This document shows positions 10,659-22,758 of a stretch of DNA of 64,000 nucleotides, one piece after another (position 1 is the first letter of the stretch; the number at the start of each line of letters is the position of its first letter). The notes beneath the pieces are model-generated. The model did not search any database. It was not told the origin of the DNA and saw nothing but the letters and a program-made list of their open reading frames with translations. The stretch lies in contig PS015063.1 in the NCBI GenBank assembly GCA_048213135.1, positions 44,281 through 108,280 of the forward strand, given 5' to 3'. Origin of the DNA: Reclinomonas americana ATCC 50394 (Eukaryota). The translations under genes were made by a program, and so were the position numbers.

Positions 10659-13394
10659 CTACCACGATAAAAATCCTGCTCCGCGGTAACAACCGTAGAT
10701 AAGCACAGCGCCAACAATGCACACGAGTCCGTAGCCGACACAGGAGCCGATGACGACGTTGCGGATGGCCCAGCTGCAGTACAGTGTCACAGATATCGAC
10801 AAATTTGTCAGAGGCCGCCGTTCAGCTGTTGAGCAGCGTACGGCAAACTGAGACGCAACGACCAGACGGACGACGTAGTCACGTTCTCGGTAAGCAGTTG
10901 ATAGAATTGTGGAGGATTCACCGGCTGTCGTCCATACGCCTGCTGGATGCTGGCCACGCCGGCATTGTAGACAGCATAATCATCGGAACTGTAGATGTGT
11001 GTGCGCGTGCGCGATACCAAGTGAGCCAAGGAAACAGAAAGGTTCTACTAGCACCATATTCTAGAAGATGCACAGAACCATGTCATTATGTGCTGCTACC
11101 CACAGAAGAGGAATACATGCACAGTTTGAAACACGAACCTCTCAGCACCATTCTACCCCGCGTGTATATGGAGTACTCACCTCGCCCTCAACATACTCAC
11201 GCTGGCCTCGACGATAGAATTGGAGCGCGGCGAGCCCCAGTTTAGTCGGCAGGGGCTATTGGTGAATGCGCAATCGTCAGATGCTTGTCCCAAGTTCTGC
11301 ACCACGGATGAGGTTGGGAGTGCCAAAACCTACCCCAACACCAGTACGCACTTGGCAAACGACATATGCCTGCAGAAAGGTGGTGCAATGTGTTATTATG
11401 ACGGTGAAAACGTGAAAAGGCTCAAATTGTGATGCAACTTGGACGGGATCATTTGCATCCATGGCTGCCCGGCTCGAGTACAATGGGGAAACACACCTAC
11501 TCATCGATGCACATAGTAAGCGAGGTGCTACACAGAAATCGCTATGCAGTGCTACAGTACACACCAGAACCAATAGCTGTGTGGGGGTACACGGATTCGA
11601 TTTAAGTGAGTACAATGTTAACGTTGCAGTGATGCGCTCAGGGCCTCACATAACTATTTGCCTCCCGTTCTAGAAGTGTAAGAGTATTGGTAGGCCGCGT
11701 ATATCTGACCAGAGGGAACAACGAAGCCCGGTTGCAGGTTGAACTGATTAGCTCCACCTGTCAATTGCACAACGCGTCAACGCTGCGCTGTTGTTCGAAG
11801 GCTCGTCGGAACTACGCACCAGCTGCATACACATTGTGCGCTGTGTCGACCGACACGGGCGCTCCGTTGGCGTACATATTCCAGCGCTGCGTGACAGCGT
11901 AGTACTCAAAATCTATGTGCGCATCGACGATGACAATGAGTGCACGGCACAATTCGCAGCGCTGTTTGTCTCCATGCCATAACTGTAGGCACACACAGAG
12001 CCGACAACAATCCACACGATACCAAAGCCGGCGGCGGCCACGAGTTCGACAAACGTAAGCTCCAGGCGGCCGCCGGCATCAAAGCAAATTTGTCGACTGG
12101 CAAGAAGCATGGAGTACACAAAGAAGCCTGCACGAGAAACGGCGCAGCGCATCGCAGTAAGGAACAACATAGTTGACGCGCGTCATGGTTTGGAGTGTAA
12201 TACACGTACCAGCGGTGCAGAACACAATGACCGCTGTGCGACCCGACGATCTGGTCAAAGAGGTGCGAAATGAGAAACAGAATACCCGTGGCCCGATTTT
12301 GAATGCCGCGCAGCGCAACTTGGCACCAGTAATCAGGCACAGCGCTTGCATGGTGAGTGCAAAGAGGAACCACGCCACGCAGATTATTAACACCCGCCTG
12401 GCTTTGCGGTGCGGTGACTCAGGTCGAGGTTCCGGATCCATGATTCTGAGATGATATGAGCTTCATCGCACGCTGCGGATGCACACAGGGGGAGCACACG
12501 CAACACCGGGTGTGCCAGCCGAGGATGCTGAAAGTTGTCAATGTATTCAACTGGCGCCACTGCCAACGGCGGCGGCGGCTGTGCGTGCGGCGGATTGGCT
12601 CCGGAGCGATTGTTATCACCAGGCATGCTTATGGCATCGATGACCACGGTGGTCGGTGAGACCATGGGTGGCTCCGAAGACCCGGCGACAGCGGCTCTGC
12701 GCGCGATCGACACATAAAGTGGGAGGAGGAGGAGGTGAGAGAAACAGGATGAAGAAGTGTTGCGATTTCCACTCTCCCACTCGCTTCTGATGGCGCATTC
12801 TGTGATACTTGAACCATCCTCTAAAGCATTGCATTGGGACATGCATATGCATCATGCCGAAATCAAGAAGCGCAGCACCACACACAACAGCGCAACGCGC
12901 AGAACTGTGTTCGAAATTTTTTGACGGATAAATGCGAGACTGCAACTGTTTCTGTGCGGATGCATTCGTGTGTGTGCTGGAGAAAGAGAGAAAGCTTGAT
13001 GATGCAAACAGCAAAGGAGAGAGACTAGAAACACGAAACAACAGCAACGCCTCAATAGATCAAATTCCCGTCCCCCCTCTCTCCATGTCACTCACACGCA
13101 CGCAACTCGACATGATCCCCGCCCTCCTGCACCGTATGGTACACAGATAACATGTGTGAGTCATACGCACGACGCAGTTGACCAGTTTCCACGAGATGCG
13201 CCACTGCGTCCTCAATGCGCTTGCGCAGCACATTGAGATCGACCAGTTGCTCCACCAGTTGATCCTCAGTCCGCCCACTGCTGTCAGCCAAGCACGCTCC
13301 CAGGATGCGCTCATTAACCTGCGCGCACACACACATGCAACAGTGAGTGGCAGTGAGAGCCGCTCACGCATGCATACAGAGGAGGTCAATGAGG

Positions 13395-13432
<38 letters not shown>

Positions 13433-14449
13433 GTAGGTGGTGTGTGGTGGACGGCGACGAACGTACGTTCCGGCGGCCGTCCGCCGTACGTTAGGTTGGG
13501 TGGTAGTAGACGAACAACGAAGTAATTGTTGTTCGTTTCCGNNNNNNNNNNNNNNNNNNNNNNNNNNNNNNNNNNNNNNNNNNNNNNNNNNNNNNNNNNN
13601 NNNNNNNNNNNNNNNNNNNNNNNNNNNNNNNNNNNNNNNNNNNNNNNNNNNNNNNNNNNNNNNNNNNNNNNNNNNNNNNNNNNNNNNNNNNNNNNNNNNN
13701 NNNNNNNNNNNNNNNNNNNNNNNNNNNNNNNNNNNNNNNNNNNNNNNNNNNNNNNNNNNNNNNNNNNNNNNNNNNNNNNNNNNNNNNNNNNNNNNNNNNN
13801 NNNNNNNNNNNNNNNNNNNNNNNNNNNNNNNNNNNNNNNNNNNNNNNNNNNNNNNNNNNNNNNNNNNNNNNNNNNNNNNNNNNNNNNNNNNNNNNNNNNN
13901 NNNNNNNNNNNNNNNNNNNNNNNNNNNNNNNNNNNNNNNNNNNNNNNNNNNNNNNNNNNNNNNNNNNNNNNNNNNNNNNNNNNNNNNNNNNNNNNNNNNN
14001 NNNNNNNNNNNNNNNNNNNNNNNNNNNNNNNNNNNNNNNNNNNNNNNNNNNNNNNNNNNNNNNNNNNNNNNNNNNNNNNNNNNNNNNNNNNNNNNNNNNN
14101 NNNNNNNNNNNNNNNNNNNNNNNNNNNNNNNNNNNNNNNNNNNNNNNNNNNNNNNNNNNNNNNNNNNNNNNNNNNNNNNNNNNNNNNNNNNNNNNNNNNN
14201 NNNNNNNNNNNNNNNNNNNNNNNNNNNNNNNNNNNNNNNNNNNNNNNNNNNNNNNNNNNNNNNNNNNNNNNNNNNNNNNNNNNNNNNNNNNNNNNNNNNN
14301 NNNNNNNNNNNNNNNNNNNNNNNNNNNNNNNNNNNNNNNNNNNNNNNNNNNNNNNNNNNNNNNNNNNNNNNNNNNNNNNNNNNNNNNNNNNNNNNNNNNN
14401 NNNNNNNNNNNNNNNNNNNNNNNNNNNNNNNNNNNNNNNNNNNNNNNNN

Positions 14450-14484
<35 letters not shown>

Positions 14485-14521
14485 CGAGAGAGACGTACGA
14501 GACGACGACGACGACGACGAC

Positions 14522-14588
<67 letters not shown>

Positions 14589-14633
14589 TGGGTGTGTGTG
14601 GAGCGCAACGACTTCGTCCGAGGCCTCCGCCAT
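10659..14633 (-). CDS. Unknown 4-TM protein with a large Cys-containing loop between TM3 and TM4, copy 1
   Basis: Spliced model: MAEASDEV..., TM1 RRVLIICVAWFLFALTMQALCLITG, TM2 TAVIVFCTAGFFVYSMLLAS, TM3 LVAAAGFGIVWIVVGSVCAY, loop with YYWFWCVSPLY and DDCAFTNSPCRLNWG, TM4 NVVIGSCVGYGLVCIVGAVLIYG, then TAG. Some N-terminal junctions are unresolved. Confidence 0.6.
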
Positions 14634-14930
14634 TTGGTGGTGAATGCAAACACGAATATTGTTGTCCGTTTCACTCCTCGTCCGCCGCGAGCGATAGTTC
14701 ACTGTCGTGAGTGGACATTGGGTGTGGGTTGGAGAGCACAGGCGCCTTATCTTTGCTGCGCCTTTTGTTGTATGAAGTTGTGTCTTGCAACGTACGCAGC
14801 GCTGCGCACGCGCAGATCTAGAGCTAGCGCTCATATGCATCTTTTGCATGACCAATTTTTCTGAGGTAAAGTTTTACTCTGCGGCTCTGTGCGCAGCGAC
14901 CATGATATCCTCCTACCTGCTCCACCTTGC

Positions 14931-17674
14931 TCACTCGTCATCCGAATCCGGTTCCCAATCGCACTCGTTGAGATACCGGTAAAATATGTATATGAGCACA
15001 GCGCCAACAATGCACGCGAGTGCGTAGCCGACACAGGAGCCGATGACGACACTGCGGACGGCCCAGCTACGTCGACAAGTATTACTAAGTAGTCAGAGGC
15101 CATTCAGCTGTACGGCAAACTGAGACGCAACGACCAGACGGACGACGTAGTCACGTTCTCGGTAAGCAGTTGATAGAATTGTGGAGGATTCACCGGCTGT
15201 CGTCCATACGCCTGCTGGATGCTGGCCACGCCGGCATTGTAGACAGCAAAATCGGCGGAACTGTAGATGTGTGCGCGCGTGCGCGATACCAAGTGAGCCA
15301 AGGAAACAGAAAGGTTCTACTAGCACCACATCCTAGAAGTTGCACGGAACCATGTCATTATGTGCTGCTAACCACAGGAGGAATGCACTTTGAAAAACAA
15401 TAAATGCATGCGCATCTGACCTCAGCACCATTCCACCCCGTCTAGCCGACCTATTCTCCTCGCGTGCATGTAGTACTCACCTCGCCTTCAAATTACTCAC
15501 ACCGGCCTCGATGATATAATTGGAGCGCGGCGAGCCCCAGTTTAGTCGGCAGGGGCTGTCGGTGGATGCGCAATCTTCGGAAAATGTCCCCAAGTTCTGC
15601 ACCACGGATGAGGTTGGGAGTGCCAAATCCCTACCCCAACACCAGCACGCACCTGGCAAATGACATATGCCTGCAGAAATGTGGCGCAATGTGTTATTTA
15701 TGACGGTGAAAACGTGACATGGCTCAAATTGTGCTGATGCAACTTGGACGGGATCATTTGCATCCATGGCTGCCCGGCTCGAGTACAATGGGGAAACACA
15801 CCTTCTCATCGGTGCACGTAGTGAGCGAGGTGGTACGCAGAAATCACCAGGCATTTCTACACACCAGAACCAATAGCTGTGGGTATTGAGTGAGTACAAT
15901 GTTGCAGTGAGCTCGGCCAGGCGTGCATCGCACATAACTATAATGTTCCGTGAACACCAACATACGAGAATTGGTGGCGCGCGTATATTTGACCATTGGG
16001 AACAACGAAGCCCGGTTGCAGGTTGAACTGATTAGCTCCACCTGTCAATTGCACAACATGTTAGCGCTGCGCTGTTGTTCATAGGCTCGTCGGAACTACG
16101 CACCAGCTGCATACACATTGCGCGCTGTGTCGACCGACACGGGCGCTCCGTTGGCGTACATATTCCAGCGCTGCGTGACAGCGTAGTACTCAAAATCTGT
16201 CGTGGACGAAGACACAGAGGACATGGTGAGTGCAAAGTACAAGTCGCCATGTCTCCAGGAGTGTGGTGCCATAACGGTAGGAACACACAGAGCCGACAAC
16301 AATCCACACGATACCAAAACCGGTGGCGACCACGAGTTCGACGAACGTAAGCTCCAAGCGGCCGGCATGGAAGAAAATCTTGCGAGCGGCAAGAAGAAAG
16401 AAGTACACAATGACTCCTGCACGAGAAACGGCGCACCACAGTAAGGAACAGAGTTGAAGCGCGTCATGGTTTGAAGTGTAATACACGTACCAGCGGTGCA
16501 GAACACAATGACCGCTGTGCGACCCGACGATCTGGTCAAAGAGGTGCGAAATGAGAAACAGAATAGCCGTGGCCCGATTTTGAATGCCGCGCAGCGCAAC
16601 TTGGCACCAGTCATCAGGCACAGCGCTTGCATGGTGAGTGCAAAGAGGAACCACGCTACGCAGATTATCAACACCCGCTTGGCTTTGCGGTCGTTGCAGA
16701 AGCTTGCACAAGTGAGTTTCTTGCGCGGTGACTCAGGTCGAGGTTCCGGATCCATAATTCTGAGATGATATGAGCTTCATCGCACGCTGCGGATGCACAC
16801 AGGGGGAGCACACGCAACACTGGGTGTGCCGGCGCCGCCGGCCGAAATTGTTGCAACTCGTATACGAAAATGTATTCAACTGGCGCCACTGCCGACGGCG
16901 GCGGCGGCTGTGCGTGCGGCGGATTGGCTCCGGAGCGATTGTTATCACCAGGCATGCTTATGGCATCGATGACCACGGTGGTCGGTGAGACCATGGGTGG
17001 CTCCGAAGACCCGGCGACAGCGGCTCTGTGCGCGATCGACACATAAAGTGGGAGGAGGAGGAGGTGAGAGAAACGGGATGAAGAAGTGTTGCGATTTCCA
17101 CTCTCCCACTCGCTTCTGATGGCACATTCTATGACACTTGAACCATCCTCTAAAGCATTACATTGGGACATGCATATGCATGATGCCGAAACCAAGAAGC
17201 GCAGCGCCTCACCCAACAGATAAATGCGAGACTGCAACTGTTTCTGTGTGCGAACGCATTCGTGTGTGTGCTGGAGAAAGAGAGAAAGCTCGATGATGCA
17301 AACAGCAAAGGAGAGAGACTAGAAACACGAAACAACAGCAACGCCTCAATAGATCAAATTCCCGTCCCCCCTCTCTCCATGTCACTCACACGCACGCAAC
17401 TCGACATGATCCCCGCCCTCCTGCACCGTATGGTACACAGATAACATGTGTGAGTCATACGCACGACGCAGTCGACCAGTTTCCACGAGATGCGCCACGG
17501 CGTCCTCAATGCGCTTGCGCAGCACATTGAGATCGGCCAGTTGCTCCACCAGTTGATCCTCAGTCTGCCCACTGTCAGCCAAGCACGCTCCCAGGATGCG
17601 CTCATTTACCTGCGCGCACGCACACACATGCAACAGTGAGTGGCACTGAGAGCCGCTCAGAGGAAGTCAATAAG

Positions 17675-17713
<39 letters not shown>

Positions 17714-17759
17714 TGGTGTGTGTGTGGAGCGCAACGACTTCGTCCGAGGCCTCCGCCAT
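14931..17759 (-). CDS. Unknown 4-TM protein, tandem copy 2
   Basis: Highly similar, colinear copy of 10659-14633 with the same exons. It has a different C-tail (IFYRYLNECDWEPDSDDE*) and a short deletion near 17215. Confidence 0.6.
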
Positions 17760-18123
17760 TATGCACGCCAGGCCAAGGATATTGTTGTCCATTTCACTCC
17801 TCGTCCGTCCGCCGCGAGCGCTGCTGCAATTTCGCAAAACTGTGTTCTGTGCATGGACATTAGAGGGAGGCTGGAGAGCACTGTCGCCTTACCCTCACAG
17901 TCGGATGGTGATGCACTGCAATCATTCGTAACGTGGCGATATTGCATATGCAGTCGATGTCTGCTAAAAACAGGGAAACAAGCATTGTACGGTGACGAGG
18001 AGTGGAACATGCCACCGGAGACCTCACGCTGGCAGCCAAAGTAATAGCAGAAGAAAGACCATCTTCCCGAAAATGCAGTCAAGCGTGCTCTTCACGTTCT
18101 TGTCCACCACCACCACTGCCAGT

Positions 18124-19405
18124 CTAAAAGTAATTCAACCGATGCGTGAACGAACTCCTCAGCGCCACGCTCGACGCATCGTACGAACACGTCGCATGCA
18201 ACTCCTCCAACTGCTTCCACCTCGACTCCGACAGATGCAGCGGCACACCGCGCTTCAGATCCTTGTCCTCCTGCCCGTACTGATCCACATACGGCGAGGC
18301 CAGCAGAGCGGCACGATTACGACGCACCACGTAGATGCGTGTGGAGGAGAGGATGAGGAAAATGCCGGTCCCCTCACCGCATGTGCGAGCGTGCTCGGCG
18401 CCACGACCTAACCGGCCGTGGTGAGCGTCCTGGCAGCAGGGTGGTCCGAGACTGCGCAGAGGAGAAGAGAGAAGAAGTGAGAAGCGACGGATTTCTCGTC
18501 GATTCTTATCGACCTCGCCCATCCTACTTGTCAACCTCTGCCCCTCACTTCCCCGCAGCGCGCACGCAACGGCACAAATGCCCCACAGAGCAAGCACAAC
18601 GACGGAGCCGGCCACTTCTTGTGGCACTTGTCGCACTGCGGCGACGACGGCAACATGAACGACTGGTACAAGTCGGAGAACGAAGCCGGCAGTTTGGTGA
18701 GCGCGAACGGATGCGGGAATGCGAGTGCGTCGGGAATCACAGCTGCACGACGGATGAGCGTGCACGACAAAAGACACAGATGGTGTCGCGCGCATTTCTT
18801 CACCTCGTTCAGCATCCAGCAACACCAGCAAGCTGTTCGCTGTGTGCGCATTGGGCACCGGCATGGCGCGCAGCAGTGTCGCCGCATCAAAGACTCGCCA
18901 CTCGGCCAGACTCATCACGTACTCGTCCTGCGTGCGACACAGTGAGCGGGGATGCTACTCAACACATACTCTCACCCAACTCACCAACTGCATTGCAGAG
19001 GACCCAAGTACTGGCGCATACAACACCGATCGCAGCAGCATGCCAAAGCGCACAAACGGTCGCACCAACGCCGTCACATACGACACGCCTGCAACGCATT
19101 TATTTAGTGCAATGACGGCATGACAAGATTGCCATCCGCGACCACCGCAGGGGAGCAACAGAGAGGGTTGGGGGATCAACGGTTTGGAAAGATACAGGAG
19201 CTCAGGGCCAAGGATCAAGGGTGCGTGGATACACGAAGGAGAGGGCGCGATCTTCGCGCTGGAGTGCGTGTACCATGATGCAAACACTCTCGTACACTCT
19301 CTCTCAACTCTGTGCACACTTTGAAGGCGGCTCGCGCAATCTCCACCTGGGGTCAGTCGCTCCACTGACACCGAGCACGCACTCACGACGAGAAACTGCC
19401 TCTGT

Positions 19406-19450
<45 letters not shown>

Positions 19451-22400
19451 CACACACACACTCACCTCCATACGCCCCTCTCTTCCCTCACCCACTCACT
19501 CACTCACTCGAGCTCGCTCAGTTACTTCCTTACCCACTCACTCGCACACTCTCTCCCCTCCCACTCACTCACTCGCTTGCTCACTCAATCACTCACTGCA
19601 CTCACGAAGCCACTCGCTGCAGTCTCACCCACTCCCTACTCACTACTCTCTGCCACACTTTCTCACTCACTCTCACACAGTAATGATCGAATACCGCCTT
19701 TGTTACGCATGGCGCTCTCACTGGCACAACACTGAGCCACCGAGAGTATGTCGAATCTGGAGAGAGACTTCCGCGCAGCCACCGCTACTCGCTGTCGCTC
19801 TCCTCTCCTGCCCCTTCCCTCTCCTTCCCCTTCCCTCTCCTTCCCCTTCACGCAACAACGAGCACCATCCGCCTCGGGCACCAAGTCAACTGCGTCGGGG
19901 TACTCGCGGGCACTTGCCAACTGCATCACGCGCTGCACAATCTCGGCCTTGCCACCTGGTGACCAGCGCATGAGATTTGCGATGAACAACAATAACCACA
20001 TAGGACGCCCGCTCACCAGCGCCCGCCCGGTGAATGTAGCTGGCAAATGCCGCAATTATTGCCCGCGCACACAAGCTCAAGAACAGTGTGTCGAATTCGG
20101 CGACCGTGTCCACGGGCATGGTGCACAGGGCGCTCAGCAGCACCCTGGAACCATCCACGCAGGCGCTGGACTCGACCATTCGCTGCATTCCACGCATCTG
20201 TTTAGCACCACGCGGCAGCCACCACAAGAAAAAACACACTTGGCGGCAGACCTCCCACGGCGCGGTGAGCAGCGCAAACACTTGCAGCGCAGTCAGCGGA
20301 CGGACTCGGGCATCCAGCGGCTTCTCGCCATCATCCTCGTCTTCTCTGCCGCCGCTTGGCGCTCCTGCGGCTGGAGTGGTGGTCTCACTAGTCGTGACCG
20401 GAGCCATGGACACGTCACCACTTGCGCCGTCGGGTGACACTTGTTCATGCCGCTGCGATTGCTGTTGCGCCATGCGTGCACGAAGCGCAAGAATGGCAAA
20501 CGCCACGTAATTTCGCGTAAATGAGCCAGACGGGTGCGACTGATGCTGGCGATCCGTCTGCCTCACCACACGAGTGTGAGAATCAGCAGGCGGAAAGAAA
20601 AGGCGAGCTCGGCGACGCCACCTCCATTCGCGAGTGTGCAACCAGCGGAGCCAATTCGCCCACGTCGAGTCCCATCAGTCCCTCCTCTTCGCGTGGCACG
20701 AAGCGTGTGGCCGCGTCGGCAGACCGCGTTGACAATTCCATCACTGCAGGGGGCAAGGCTCGGGTGAGAAACTTGAGAATGCTCATGCGCACAGCTACCC
20801 TCTGTGGTCTCGCTGTCGCGTCCCCTCTCAAAACAATACGCTCTTCGATTTCTTGAATCTCACCTTTCTTTCTCCGATTCACTGCCTTCCCCGACACTCC
20901 AATCCTCTGCCTTTCCCTCATCCAGTCCACTCTCACCATTCTCCATGCACGATATCCCTTTCGTCATAACTCTCTCACACATCAGTCCCCTTGTCTTAGC
21001 CCCCCCTCTTCTCAATCCCATCCCTTTCCCTTTTCCCTTTCCCACCAATCCCTCCTCACCACTCAGCACATCAAACAACGTCTGAAACGCCACCGCCGTC
21101 TGCATCGCCGGCGCCACCATCACCGGGAACTTGCTGCCATTCCACACGCTGTCGACGCGCGCCAGATAGTCCTCGTGCAGGTGCAGGACATCGGCATCCG
21201 ACGCTATCAAGAGAACAACTCACAAGTGAGCCACGCAGGCGGGTCGGCATACATGAACAACTCGTGCGCACGCACGATCAGTGGACACCAGCGGCCGCTC
21301 CATCAGCGACGCCACCAGCTCACGACTCGATGCCACCACTTCTCGGACGCCTTCGCTCGCCACGGTACATGCGGCAGCATCTGGAGAATCCATGGGTCGC
21401 GCAAACAGCGCACCGTGCAGATCGTCCGTCTTTGAGACACGAGAACGATAACGTAAGACACGCTAACAGGGACATGGGATGTAGGCAGAAGAAAGCAGCA
21501 AGAAGGATCACCTCTCCGCGTCGCACTGCCAGCAGCGGGACCACGCAGTTGCACAGGCGGCCACACAACGGACACAGAACCTCGCCATCGTTCAACTGCA
21601 ACAGCTCGGCGCCTTTGAACCAGGCGCCAGTGGCTGCCTGCCGCAATAGAGTCTCGTGGTAGCCTTGCACGCAGTGCGGGTGAGCGAGATGACCGCAGCC
21701 CATCACATGCATATTGCCGGCCGACGAGAGGAGCTGGCGAGCCGACTGTGAAGCGACGAATCGTGAGACCCAACGATTTCATATCAAGCAACGTCACGCC
21801 TCGCCAATCGACTCACTCGATTGCGCCTCCCAGCTGCAGCGGCACCTGCTGGTGCCTGGGCGAGTTGTTCATCCTGCTCATCCCTCTCCTCGTCTGCCGC
21901 GGCCTCGGCCGCCAGTATCCGCAGTAATCTCTGCAAGCCGTGCGTCTGCAACATCTGCTGCAGGGTGTCGGGCGGTAATCTGCGCAGCGCTTCGAGCCCT
22001 CGGCGCAAGCGATCTGGCGTCATCTCCGCCGCCGCCGCCGCCTCGTCTTCGTCCTCCTCCTCTTCACCATCATCGTCGTCGTCCTCAAAGGCCTCCGCAC
22101 TTGGCGCCAACAGCCGCATGTAGTCATCCTCATCCTCGTCGTCATCGTCTGTGTCGCCATCGCCCTCCTCCATCGCTTGCACCGCAGTGCCACTAGGGCC
22201 CTCATTCTCCTCGCTGGCGGCGCCGCCAGATGCGGAGCCAGATGCAGCGCTCATGGATCCAATCAGGTCATGCATCAGCTCGTCGTCGAGATGGAACGAG
22301 GCTGCGGCGGCCGCGGAGCCGCGTCGCGCACTTGATTCTCCTGGAAGCGAAGTGGTGGGGTGAGGCGAAGAAAGAAAGTAAGGAGAATAAGGCGAAGGAG

Positions 22401-22707
22401 GAGGAGGAGGAGAGGAGGACGAGGAGAAGAAGAAGAAGAGGCGAACAAAAAAGCAAGAAGAAGAAGAGGATGGGGGGAAAAGAAGATCAAAAGGAAGAAA
22501 TGAAGAACACCAACAACATGTGTCTGTTATTGTTGTCTCGCATGTTGCTAACACTCAAGCACCTGTAGTCGTGTTTTGTATCTTCTCGCCTTCTCATTCC
22601 ACATTCCCTAACATTGTCATCTCTCCCCGCCCACTCAGCAACGATACTAGAAGCAGAAAAAGAGGAGGCGGCGGAGAAGGAGTGAGAAACATTGACAGAA
22701 CAATAGC

Positions 22708-22758
<51 letters not shown>

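Noticed and set aside
10680-10780. GPI-anchor-like tail SSSAPVSATDSCALLALCL in the ORF track
   Set aside because: Another frame gives a cleaner TM helix that is conserved in both copies and is followed by a stop.
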